64,000 nt of DNA from positions 21,023-85,022 of the forward strand of contig PWQX01000086.1 of assembly GCA_003556605.1 (NCBI GenBank), read 5' to 3'. The notes below the pieces were generated by a model that was not told where the DNA came from, ran no database searches, and saw only the letters and a list, made by a program, of their open reading frames with translations. This document shows, piece by piece, positions 1-8,253 of this stretch (positions within the stretch are counted from its first letter, which is position 1; each line of letters starts with the position of its first letter). Source of the stretch: Spirochaetaceae bacterium. GTDB lineage: Bacteria; Spirochaetota; Spirochaetia; DSM-27196; SLAA01. The position numbers were made by a program, and so were the translations under genes.

Positions 1-392
1 TTTTGGAGCTGATCAAGGTCTCAGGGGTAGGCCCCAAGCAGGCGATTCGTATTCTGTCGGGCACCAGTATAGACAGTTTCGTAGCGATGATGGAGGCAGG
101 CAACCTCGATGGGCTGTCAACTATCCCCGGTCTCGGGAAAAAGACGGCGCAGAAGATCGTACTCGCGCTGCAGGGTAAGTTGGTCAGCGCTGCGGGCGGC
201 GGGAAAGAGGGTCCGGCCGAACCCGGCGGCGCCGACGCCGAGCTGGTGACGGCGCTGTGCGAGATGGGCTTCGACCGCAAGGCTGCTCGTGAGGCGATCG
301 AGCACGCGCTGGGTGAGCTGGAAAAGCAGGGCGTTCACCCCGCCGAGCGCGAGCAGGAAGCCTTTCGGCGCGCGATCATTGCGCTGAGCTGA
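1..392 (+). CDS. ruvA: Holliday junction branch-migration protein RuvA, C-terminal part (5' end lies outside the window)
   Basis: Two HhH motifs (VSGVGPKQAIRIL; IPGLGKKTAQKIVL) and a domain-III-like C-terminus (ELVTALCEMGFDRKAAREAIE). Directly upstream of ruvB. The ORF runs to the window edge. Confidence 0.9.
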   Translation, partial: LELIKVSGVGPKQAIRILSGTSIDSFVAMMEAGNLDGLSTIPGLGKKTAQKIVLALQGKLVSAAGGGKEGPAEPGGADAELVTALCEMGFDRKAAREAIEHALGELEKQGVHPAEREQEAFRRAIIALS

Positions 393-413
393 CCAATTGA
401 GCTCAAGGATTGA

Positions 414-1565
414 GTGTACAAGCATATGAGTAACGACGACGATCGTGACCAGTTCTCGCAAGACGAGATTCCGCCGGATACCGCTTCCCCGGCCGACAGT
501 GAGCTTCTGCGTGGGGAGGAAGGAAGCGACGACGTCCATGAAACGCGTCTGCGCCCGTCGCGCTTACGCGAGTTCCAGGGCCAAACCGAAATCAAGCGCA
601 ATCTCGAGGTGTTCATTCAGGCGGCGCGCGAGCGCGGTGACAGTCTGGACCACGTATTCTTCAACGGTCCGCCCGGGCTCGGGAAAACGACGCTTGCCGG
701 GATCATGGCGCATGAGCTGAACGCCGAGTTCAAGGTAACCGCCGCCCCGGCGCTCGAAAAACCGAAGGACCTTGCAGGTATACTCACCACCGTGCCGCGT
801 AACACTGTGTTCTTCATCGATGAGATCCACCGCCTGCGTCCCGCTATCGAGGAGATGCTGTACATCGCGATGGAGGATTTCGAAATCGACTGGGTGATCG
901 GGCAAGGGCCGTCGGCGCGCACCATTCGCATCCCGATTTCGCCGTTTACATTAGTGGGTGCGACGACCAAGGCCGGGCTCATCTCCGGCCCCTTGTACAG
1001 CCGGTTCGGGATCACGATACGGCTTTAGTTCTACAGCGCCGAGGAGCTCGGACAAGTGTTGCAGCGCTCGGCCGATATTCTTGAAGTGTCGGTTGAGCCC
1101 GAGGCGGTGCGCCTGCTCGCGCACAGCGCTCGCGGAACCCCGCGTGTGGCCAACCGCTTGCTTCGCAGGGTACGCGACTTCGCGCAGATTCTGGGCGACG
1201 GAACTATCACCGCCGCCATCGTTGAGGAAAGCCTCACGCGCTTGCAGATTGACCGCTACGGTCTCGAACGACACGACCGCCGCATCCTCAACACTATTAT
1301 CACAAACTACGGCGGCGGTCCGGTGGGTGCCGAAACGCTCGCAATCTCGATCGGCGAAGCGATCGACACGCTGGAAGACTTCTACGAGCCGTACCTTATT
1401 CAAAGCGGGTTTCTGCAGCGCACCCCGCGCGGGCGAGTCTGTACGCCGCTTGCGTACACGCATCTCGGTCTGCCGGCGCCGCAACCGGGGACAAACGGCG
1501 GCGGCACACGGGATCCGCAACTAAGACAGCCAGGATCGCATGAAGACCAAGGATTTCTTTTTTGA
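414..1565 (+). pseudogene. ruvB: Holliday junction DNA helicase RuvB, interrupted by one in-frame TAG at 1026-1028
   Basis: ORFs 414-1028 and 1056-1565 share a frame. Walker [10 protein letters not shown], Walker B FIDEIH, sensor region [19 protein letters not shown] and RGTPRVANRLLRRVRDF are all present. The junction reads RL*FY where E. coli RuvB has RLEFY. N-terminal start is uncertain. Confidence 0.85.
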
Positions 1566-2559
1566 GCTTCCCGAGCGCTTGATTGCGCAGCACCCGGTCC
1601 AACGCCGCGAGGATGCACGGTTATTGATGATGTCGCGGGTCAACGGCGGGCTGCAGGACCGCGTAGTGACCGAACTGCCGGATCTCTTGCCACCGCGCTC
1701 ACTGGTGGTGCTTAACGACAGCCGCGTCGAGCCGGTACGGCTGCGGGGACGAAAGCTCGCGGGCGGCGGCGCGGTGGAGGTGTTGCTCGTTGAGCCGTTC
1801 ACCGGCCGGCGCTGCCGCGCGATGCTGCAGCGCGCCCGGCGGTTACAGCCGGGCGCACGGCTCGAGCTGCCCGGGCGAGTCGTTGCTACCGTGGTCGCGA
1901 AAGACCCACCGTTCGTAGAGCTCGAGTTCACGTGTGACCTTGACATCGCGTATCTGCGGCGCTTTGGTTCGGTGCCGCTTCCGCCCTATATTCGGCGCGG
2001 CCCCGTTGCCGAGGACCGCAGGCGTTACCAGACGGTGTATGCGGCGGTGTCCGGCTCGGCAGCTGCCCCTACCGCCGGACTTCACTTCTCTCCTGAGTTG
2101 CTGCGCCGCCTGCGCGGAGGTGGTCACGACATCGCGTTCGTCACGTTGCACGTCGGCCCGGCCACGTTTCTCCCGGTGCGCAGCGAGCGTGTGGAGGACC
2201 ACCAAATGCACCGCGAACGCTACTCGATTCCGTCACCTACCGCAGCGGCGCTTGCCACTGCGCGTTCGGAGGGCCGCCCGGTAGTTGCGGTGGGCACCAC
2301 CACGGTGCGGACCCTTGAGTCCGCCGCCCGGGCCGATGGGCTGAAGGCCGGCAGCGGCGAGACCGATTTGTTTATCTATCCGGGGTTCGTGTTTCAAGTG
2401 GTCAACGCGCTCTTCACCAACTTGCACACCTCCGAGTCGAGTTTGATGATGCTGGTGGCAGCCTTCGCAGGATACGAGAACGTGATGGCTGCCTACCGCT
2501 ACGCGGTGGAGCAGGGGTATCGGTTCTTCTCGTATGGTGACGCGATGTTGATCAAGTAG
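1540..2559 (+). CDS. queA: S-adenosylmethionine:tRNA ribosyltransferase-isomerase
   Basis: Typical QueA N-terminus (DFFFELPERLIAQHP), central GSAAAPTAGLHF, C-terminal GTTTVRTLES and FFSYGDAMLI. 339 aa, the expected length. Confidence 0.95.
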   Translation: MKTKDFFFELPERLIAQHPVQRREDARLLMMSRVNGGLQDRVVTELPDLLPPRSLVVLNDSRVEPVRLRGRKLAGGGAVEVLLVEPFTGRRCRAMLQRARRLQPGARLELPGRVVATVVAKDPPFVELEFTCDLDIAYLRRFGSVPLPPYIRRGPVAEDRRRYQTVYAAVSGSAAAPTAGLHFSPELLRRLRGGGHDIAFVTLHVGPATFLPVRSERVEDHQMHRERYSIPSPTAAALATARSEGRPVVAVGTTTVRTLESAARADGLKAGSGETDLFIYPGFVFQVVNALFTNLHTSESSLMMLVAAFAGYENVMAAYRYAVEQGYRFFSYGDAMLIK

Positions 2560-2601
2560 CGCAGCTCAGCGGCTCGGAGATCAAGTAGCGCAGGTCAGCG
2601 G
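2550..2601. repeat. 23-bp direct repeat (2550-2572 and 2579-2601, one mismatch) spanning the queA stop codon
   Basis: gatcaagtagcgcagCtcagcgg and gatcaagtagcgcagGtcagcgg, read directly from the sequence. Spacing is 29 bp. Confidence 0.85.
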
Positions 2602-3201
2602 TTAGTAGGTGTCTTCGTCCATCTGCTCAAAGCGGCGGCGAACCTCACGCAGGTGTCTGAGATGGCGATGGATTACGAAATCGTAATCAAGGTCACCGGT
2701 CTCGATGCGGTAGTTCTCGTCGGCCCAGTACTGTACATCGGGCAGATGAACGTCGCGGAACTCCCATGCAAGATCCGACCACTGCAGCGTTATTTCCCAG
2801 TATACGCGCGCGAACTCGAACAGCTCCTCGGCGCGGTCGAGGCTTTCAAGGTTCTGACGTTTCCACGGGTAATTGTAAAAGTAGGCTGCGCGCTTGTTAT
2901 ACTGGTTACCCCACTGCAAGTACAGCTCAACGAGCTTGAGGTTTATGTGCATCGTGAACAAATAGCGGTAGCGTGCCCAGTCGCGTTGATCCTCTATTAC
3001 CGCCAGCGCGTACAGCGGGTTCGCGAAGTCGGCGCGCAAGGCCTGTTCCAGCCAGTATATGTTCTCCTTGATGAGATTCGGATTCTGATGTAGGTGCTGC
3101 CGATACAAGCGGTACAGCTGTTCGCGATATATGAGCCGATAGCCGAACAGCGGGCAGGCGAGGAGCAGTAGCGCCGGAATGAGCACCGCGAGACGTTTCA
3201 C
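2602..3201 (-). CDS. hypothetical secreted protein or lipoprotein, rich in aromatic residues
   Basis: 199-aa ORF. N-terminal signal peptide with a possible lipobox (MKRLAVLIPALLLLAC). No family recognised. Confidence 0.6.
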   Translation of the reverse strand: MKRLAVLIPALLLLACPLFGYRLIYREQLYRLYRQHLHQNPNLIKENIYWLEQALRADFANPLYALAVIEDQRDWARYRYLFTMHINLKLVELYLQWGNQYNKRAAYFYNYPWKRQNLESLDRAEELFEFARVYWEITLQWSDLAWEFRDVHLPDVQYWADENYRIETGDLDYDFVIHRHLRHLREVRRRFEQMDEDTY

Positions 3202-3204
3202 AGT

Positions 3205-3861
3205 CTACAGTATCGGCGTAATAGCGAGGCGGCTCCAGATCTCCTCGGCGATCGTTTCGGGATCCCGGCTGCCGTCGACGCGGTGAATCTGCATATTGCA
3301 GTCGGCATACTGTTGCAGCGCTTGTCGATACGCGTGGTATACGGTATCTTGAAAGCCTGCGGTTTCGTAAATCTCGCTCAGGCTCCTGGACTTAATCCGC
3401 TCCAACCCCGTTTCGCTTGGTAAATCTAGAAACACCAGATGTTCCGGAAGCGCAAAAGGGGCATTCAGCATTTGCACGAGCTCGAAGCCGCAGAGGCTGC
3501 CCTGGTAAGCAAGCGACGAGAACAGGTAGCGGTCACACACTACGTAGCGGCTCCGGGCAAGCTCGGCGCGAATGCCGTGCTCGGGATCATCGAGGTGCTC
3601 ACTGCGATCAGCCGCAAAGAGATAGGCCATGGTAACGTCGGTTGCACGTTCCTTCCCCGAGAGAACCGCTCGGATATGTTGTCCAATCGGCCCCGGGGTA
3701 GGCTCGGCGGTCAACACCGCGGCGTGCCCCGCGCTGCGAATGCGATCGGCGAGCCGTCGCGACTGCGTAGTGGTACCGGCGCCGTCAAGACCTTCAAATA
3801 CGATAAACCGAGGGAGCACCTCAGGCGGGAAGCTGTTCGTCGAGCTTTTAATTGATGCCAT
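3205..3861 (-). CDS. tmk: dTMP (thymidylate) kinase
   Basis: P-loop FIVFEGLDGAGTTTQ. About 218 aa, typical for Tmk. DRY-like motif (CDRYLFSSLAYQ). Confidence 0.85.
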   Translation of the reverse strand: MASIKSSTNSFPPEVLPRFIVFEGLDGAGTTTQSRRLADRIRSAGHAAVLTAEPTPGPIGQHIRAVLSGKERATDVTMAYLFAADRSEHLDDPEHGIRAELARSRYVVCDRYLFSSLAYQGSLCGFELVQMLNAPFALPEHLVFLDLPSETGLERIKSRSLSEIYETAGFQDTVYHAYRQALQQYADCNMQIHRVDGSRDPETIAEEIWSRLAITPIL

Positions 3862-3878
3862 AACGTGCTACCATGTAG

Positions 3879-6800
3879 GTGTATAGGAGACTGTTGCTTC
3901 TTTTCATGAGCACTGTACGTATTCGACCGAATATCATAGCTCTGGCCATCCTTTTAATTACGGTTGCCGTCGTCGTTAGCCCGGTTCATTCCTTTATGAG
4001 CGCACGACTTACGGAGTTGAAGGCCGATGCGCTCGATCAATTAGAGGCTGAGCTCGGGCGCAGGGTGAGCTACGACCGCATCTCTCCGTCGATTTTTCGG
4101 CGCCTCGATATTCGCGGCCTGCGAGTGCACGGCGCGGAGGCAGATAGCGAGGTTCTACTCGCCGTTTCGCGGGTGCGAGTGTACTATAGTTTGGCTGATC
4201 TGATAAGCAACCGTGAGCGCAATCCGCTACGGCGCATAAGTATTGAGAATACACGTTTTCGCTATGATTCGGATGCCGATCGTGAGCTGTATGAGCTGGT
4301 TCGCGAACTCGCCGAAGCACGTGAGGGTCGCCGTACGCGCGAGTCGGAGTTCTCAATCGTTGGACGAAACCTGTCCTTAGAGCTCGTTCACGAAGGCCGC
4401 GAATACCGGCTGGACGACTTCTTTTTCGACGCGAGCCTCGCCGGTAGCGCTCGTTTGCGCGCGCACGCGCGGGTCAGTCTCTCGGAGCTCGGTGCGCCGT
4501 TCGGCCGCGCAGGCATTGGCCCGGCGACCGCACAAGTCGCGATCAGCGGACGTATAGATGAGGATTTCAATCTCGCCGACGTCACACTCGAGCTCCCACA
4601 TTTTGAAACCGAGTTCTTCGCGCTCCAAGACCAGGCTTTTGCGGTGAGTTTGGGTGAGCGCAAGATCGTGGCGCGTAAGCTCCAGGACCGGGAGCCGGTG
4701 GACATTACCTTGAGTTATAACCTCGAATCAGGGGAGGTGGCCGGGAGCTTTCTTGCGCAGGACTATCGCCCGGCAGATTCACTACGCCTGCACGGTGCGG
4801 CAGGGGAATACGACGGCTGGATGCAAACCGTAGTCTCGGGCGAAGGGCGCTTGAGCTGGCAGCACGACGGTGACCTCGATTACCGCGTCGCGATGCAGGC
4901 TGAGCTTCCATCCGAGGCCGAGCGCCTGCGCGTGTCGGCGGTGCTGCGGGGCAACCGCAAGCGCGTGGACTTCGATCACGTTATAGCGCTGTCGGAAACC
5001 GGTTCGGCCGGCTTCGACGGCTATGTAACGCTGCGGGATAACACTCCCAACGGCGATCTAGTCTTGAACGAGTTCAGTTACGGAGGTTCCCAGCGGGTCA
5101 CCGGGCGTGTGGCGTTGTCCGGCGGCGACGGATTGTATCAACTCAGCTCACGGCATGTGGACTACGGCGGGTTTGAGTTCTTCAACCTCCGCGCCGAGAT
5201 CAGGCAGCGCAACGGCGGTTTGGGTTTTGAGGCTTCAAGCGACCTTGAGTTCTTGGGCGAAAGCGCGGTCGCGGCCGCCGGTGTGGTGAAACTCGGCGAG
5301 CGGCCGAACGTCTCGGTCGATGTGGACGTGCGCAACGTGCCGCTCGAGCGACCATACGCAGCCTGGCAAGCGCTCAGCGGCGGTACCCAAGCGCCGCTTG
5401 CGCCTGCAGGTCTCGAGCGCTACATCCTAGACTCGCAGATTACGATCGATGTGGACGACGCGACGGTTCAGGTCAGCGCTCCGACTGTATCACTGTACGA
5501 CCGCGAGAACCGCGACAACTTTGCCACATTCACAGTACAAAGCGTAGGCGCCGACTATCACGTTGAGAATATCGTGGTCGGTATCGGCGAACGCCGGGGC
5601 CGTGGCGCGTTAACCGCACGAGTAGACCGGCGCAATCGGCTTCGATTTGAAAGCGAGGTTGAGTTCGAGGGAATCGCGTACGAGCTTGCCGGGCTGTTTG
5701 ACCCTGCGGGGCGACTGGTGGCCGAAGGCTCCTACGGACTAGACCTGAACGCGTCGTTTGGTGCGGGTCGCAATGTGGTCTTTGCCCTGGAACTCGATGA
5801 CTTTCCGTTTCCGGCCGGTACGCGCCGGATGATCGCGAGTGTTAGTCTCAACGGAGTGCTGGTAGGCGTCGACCAATGGGAACTACGCGTTCGCCGCGCT
5901 CGCCTTGCGCAACTGCCGTTTCTCTCCGATGACACGGTTGCGATTGAGTTCACCGGACGCTTCGAACCTTCAGGTGCACAGGTGCAAGATATTGTGTACG
6001 AGGATCGCTTCTCGCGTCTCTCGGGAAGCGGAGACCTCCAGTACGACCTTGCCGCGCCGCTTAACATGGACGCGGTGTTTGCAGTGGCGAGTGACACCGG
6101 AGAGGAGCGCTACGAGGTAAGCTTTGAGCTCAGTGAAGACAGGCTCGAAGGGCGCGCGCTGGTAACCAACGCGTCGCTACGCCGCCTCGGCGCCCAGCCT
6201 ATTCGCGGTGGCCTGGACGGCGAGTTCGTACTATCGGGTACGCTTGCGTCCCCGCAATTTGACGGGCGCTTCGAGTCGGTTGAAGCGCGTTTCAATAACG
6301 ACCCTTTTCAAGCCCGCGGTGAGCTTATCTATCGCGAAGGAACCGTTGGGGTCCGTGATATCAGTGTCAGGTATCTCTCTAACGAGCTCACCGACGTGGA
6401 AGGCAGCCTCGATCTCGAAAGCGGCGCACTGGTGCTGAACAGCCGTTTCGAGCAGTTCGGCCGGCCCGATGCTATAGAAGTTACCGCCGCACTGCGCGGC
6501 GAGTTCAGCCCTCGGGAAGAACGGGCGCTGCGGTTCGGAGACCTCACCGAGCGCGACGTGTTTGCCGAGCTCACGGTGTTTTCCGAAGCGCTTGCGGAGT
6601 CCGGGGGACGCTGGGATTTTCAGATCACGCGTAACGAAGGGCAGAGCGCGGTCAGAGGCGGACCCGAGGACGCGATCAACGCGTTCATGGACGATGACGG
6701 CTCGTTCCGCCTGCGTTTGAGCGACCCACTGCCGGTGACGCTTACGGCGCAGGGCACCTACGAAGACGGCGCGGTCGAAGCCGACCTCACCCGCATCATG

Positions 6801-8213
6801 GTCAATGCCGACCGCATGCAGGACCTGTTGAGCTTCCGCCGGTTCGCAATACGCGGGGGGCAGGTGAGCGGCAGCCTGCGCGTGGTAGGTCCGATTAATG
6901 ACCCCGACTTCTTCGGCACGCTCAGCGCCGAGAATGCGCGCGTGTGGGTCGATTACGTCGCCGACGAAATCACCGCTGAGCAGTTCTACGTAGTGTTGCA
7001 GGAAAAGGTAGTTTCGATTAATCCGTTCCTCGCGAGAGCGGGTCGCGGAGAGGTGGATGCCCAAGGACAGGTGCTGCTTGGACGCTGGACGCCTGAAGAG
7101 TACGAGTTTGAGTTCCGCACGCTCGACGAGTACGGTGTTAACATTGCGCATACCTTTGATTCTCTGACCATAGACGGCTTCGGCACCGGGATCTTCACGA
7201 TATCGGGCACCATGCAGCTGACTACCCTCGGGGGGAGTATTACCGCCCGCTCGACGACTATAACGCTCGGGCTCCCGTCCGAGCCGAAGCCACGGAGAGG
7301 TGATCACGACGTGACCGTCGACCTGGAGATTACCTCGGGACGTGGGGTAGAGTTTTATTGGCCGACCCGGAGCTTCCCGATCCTGAGGAGTTTTGCGCGG
7401 GTCGGCGAGACGATTGATTTTGAACACTCAAACGTAGACCGCAGCTTTGCGTTACGCGGGGATGTGGGCATACAGGGTGGTGAGATCTTTTATTTCGATC
7501 GCAGTTTCTACATCAGGGAGGGGCGAATCTCGTTCGACGAGACGCAGGATCAGTTTGATCCGCGCCTCTCCGCGCGCGCTGAGATCCGCGAGATCTCCGA
7601 CCGCGGACCGGTGACCCTGTATTTGGTAGCTGATGACACGCGCTTGAGTGAGTTTACCCCGCGCTTTGAGTCGGACCCGTTGCTGAGCGAGCAAGAGATC
7701 GCCGAGCTGCTCGGTGGCCAGGTTTTCACTCAGACAGCCGGCGATATCGCCGCGCTGTCATCGGCGGTGCTGTTGACCGGGGATGTAGTAACCCAGTTTG
7801 GGGTGATGCGTACCTTTGAGAGCCGGGTGCGGCAGTTCCTGCGGCTCGACCTACTATCGGTGCGAACGCCGGTGTTGCAGAACTTGGTTCGGGGAGCGGT
7901 CACCGAAGAAGAGGCAGAGCAGCCTATTGACACTACCGGGCCATCTCTTGGAGAGTACTTCGATAACACGTCGGTATTTCTGGGCAAGTATCTCGGAACC
8001 GATCTGTTTCTTGAGTTGCTTGTCAGAATTCAGGCATCCGACCGTCGCGATCCGGAGGCTCGGGACTTGGGTGGAGTATCGGTTGATTCGGAGTTGACGC
8101 TGGAGTTTCAAACTCCGTTCTTCAATCTGGACTGGAACTTCTTCCCGCAGAATCCGCAGGATCTTTTTGTGACGGACAACACCTTCACGTTTTCTTGGGG
8201 GTTTTCGTATTAG
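3879..8213 (+). CDS. tamB: TamB-like translocation and assembly module protein (DUF490 family)
   Basis: 1444 aa. N-terminal membrane anchor (IIALAILLITVAVVV), long beta-rich body, C-terminus ending in an aromatic residue (FTFSWGFSY). Immediately upstream of bamA, as in other spirochaetes. Start is uncertain: GTG 3879, TTG 3894 just downstream of AGGAGA, or ATG 3906. Confidence 0.8.
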   Translation: MYRRLLLLFMSTVRIRPNIIALAILLITVAVVVSPVHSFMSARLTELKADALDQLEAELGRRVSYDRISPSIFRRLDIRGLRVHGAEADSEVLLAVSRVRVYYSLADLISNRERNPLRRISIENTRFRYDSDADRELYELVRELAEAREGRRTRESEFSIVGRNLSLELVHEGREYRLDDFFFDASLAGSARLRAHARVSLSELGAPFGRAGIGPATAQVAISGRIDEDFNLADVTLELPHFETEFFALQDQAFAVSLGERKIVARKLQDREPVDITLSYNLESGEVAGSFLAQDYRPADSLRLHGAAGEYDGWMQTVVSGEGRLSWQHDGDLDYRVAMQAELPSEAERLRVSAVLRGNRKRVDFDHVIALSETGSAGFDGYVTLRDNTPNGDLVLNEFSYGGSQRVTGRVALSGGDGLYQLSSRHVDYGGFEFFNLRAEIRQRNGGLGFEASSDLEFLGESAVAAAGVVKLGERPNVSVDVDVRNVPLERPYAAWQALSGGTQAPLAPAGLERYILDSQITIDVDDATVQVSAPTVSLYDRENRDNFATFTVQSVGADYHVENIVVGIGERRGRGALTARVDRRNRLRFESEVEFEGIAYELAGLFDPAGRLVAEGSYGLDLNASFGAGRNVVFALELDDFPFPAGTRRMIASVSLNGVLVGVDQWELRVRRARLAQLPFLSDDTVAIEFTGRFEPSGAQVQDIVYEDRFSRLSGSGDLQYDLAAPLNMDAVFAVASDTGEERYEVSFELSEDRLEGRALVTNASLRRLGAQPIRGGLDGEFVLSGTLASPQFDGRFESVEARFNNDPFQARGELIYREGTVGVRDISVRYLSNELTDVEGSLDLESGALVLNSRFEQFGRPDAIEVTAALRGEFSPREERALRFGDLTERDVFAELTVFSEALAESGGRWDFQITRNEGQSAVRGGPEDAINAFMDDDGSFRLRLSDPLPVTLTAQGTYEDGAVEADLTRIMVNADRMQDLLSFRRFAIRGGQVSGSLRVVGPINDPDFFGTLSAENARVWVDYVADEITAEQFYVVLQEKVVSINPFLARAGRGEVDAQGQVLLGRWTPEEYEFEFRTLDEYGVNIAHTFDSLTIDGFGTGIFTISGTMQLTTLGGSITARSTTITLGLPSEPKPRRGDHDVTVDLEITSGRGVEFYWPTRSFPILRSFARVGETIDFEHSNVDRSFALRGDVGIQGGEIFYFDRSFYIREGRISFDETQDQFDPRLSARAEIREISDRGPVTLYLVADDTRLSEFTPRFESDPLLSEQEIAELLGGQVFTQTAGDIAALSSAVLLTGDVVTQFGVMRTFESRVRQFLRLDLLSVRTPVLQNLVRGAVTEEEAEQPIDTTGPSLGEYFDNTSVFLGKYLGTDLFLELLVRIQASDRRDPEARDLGGVSVDSELTLEFQTPFFNLDWNFFPQNPQDLFVTDNTFTFSWGFSY

Positions 8214-8253
8214 CAGACCCCCGGCCACGTTTACGATGAATTGAGGAGACTGT

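Noticed and set aside
1026-1028. Genetic-code reassignment, pyrrolysine (TAG) or selenocysteine (TGA at 44629) as the explanation for the in-frame stops
   Set aside because: TAG, TGA and TAA each terminate several conserved genes in the window at homology-consistent positions. No pyl or sel genes are present, and I saw no SECIS-like hairpin after 44631. The ruvB position aligns to Glu, not to a Pyl or Sec context.
6231-7427. 398-aa minus-strand ORF inside tamB. Similar long antisense ORFs occur at 24508-25257 (pnp), 49132-49899 (rpsA), 35717-36442 (greA), 19305-19937 (nusA/infB) and 13116-13703 (mutS).
   Set aside because: These are typical stop-poor antisense frames of GC-rich coding DNA. 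Their compositions are R/A/P/S-rich. Each lies fully within a strongly supported gene on the other strand.
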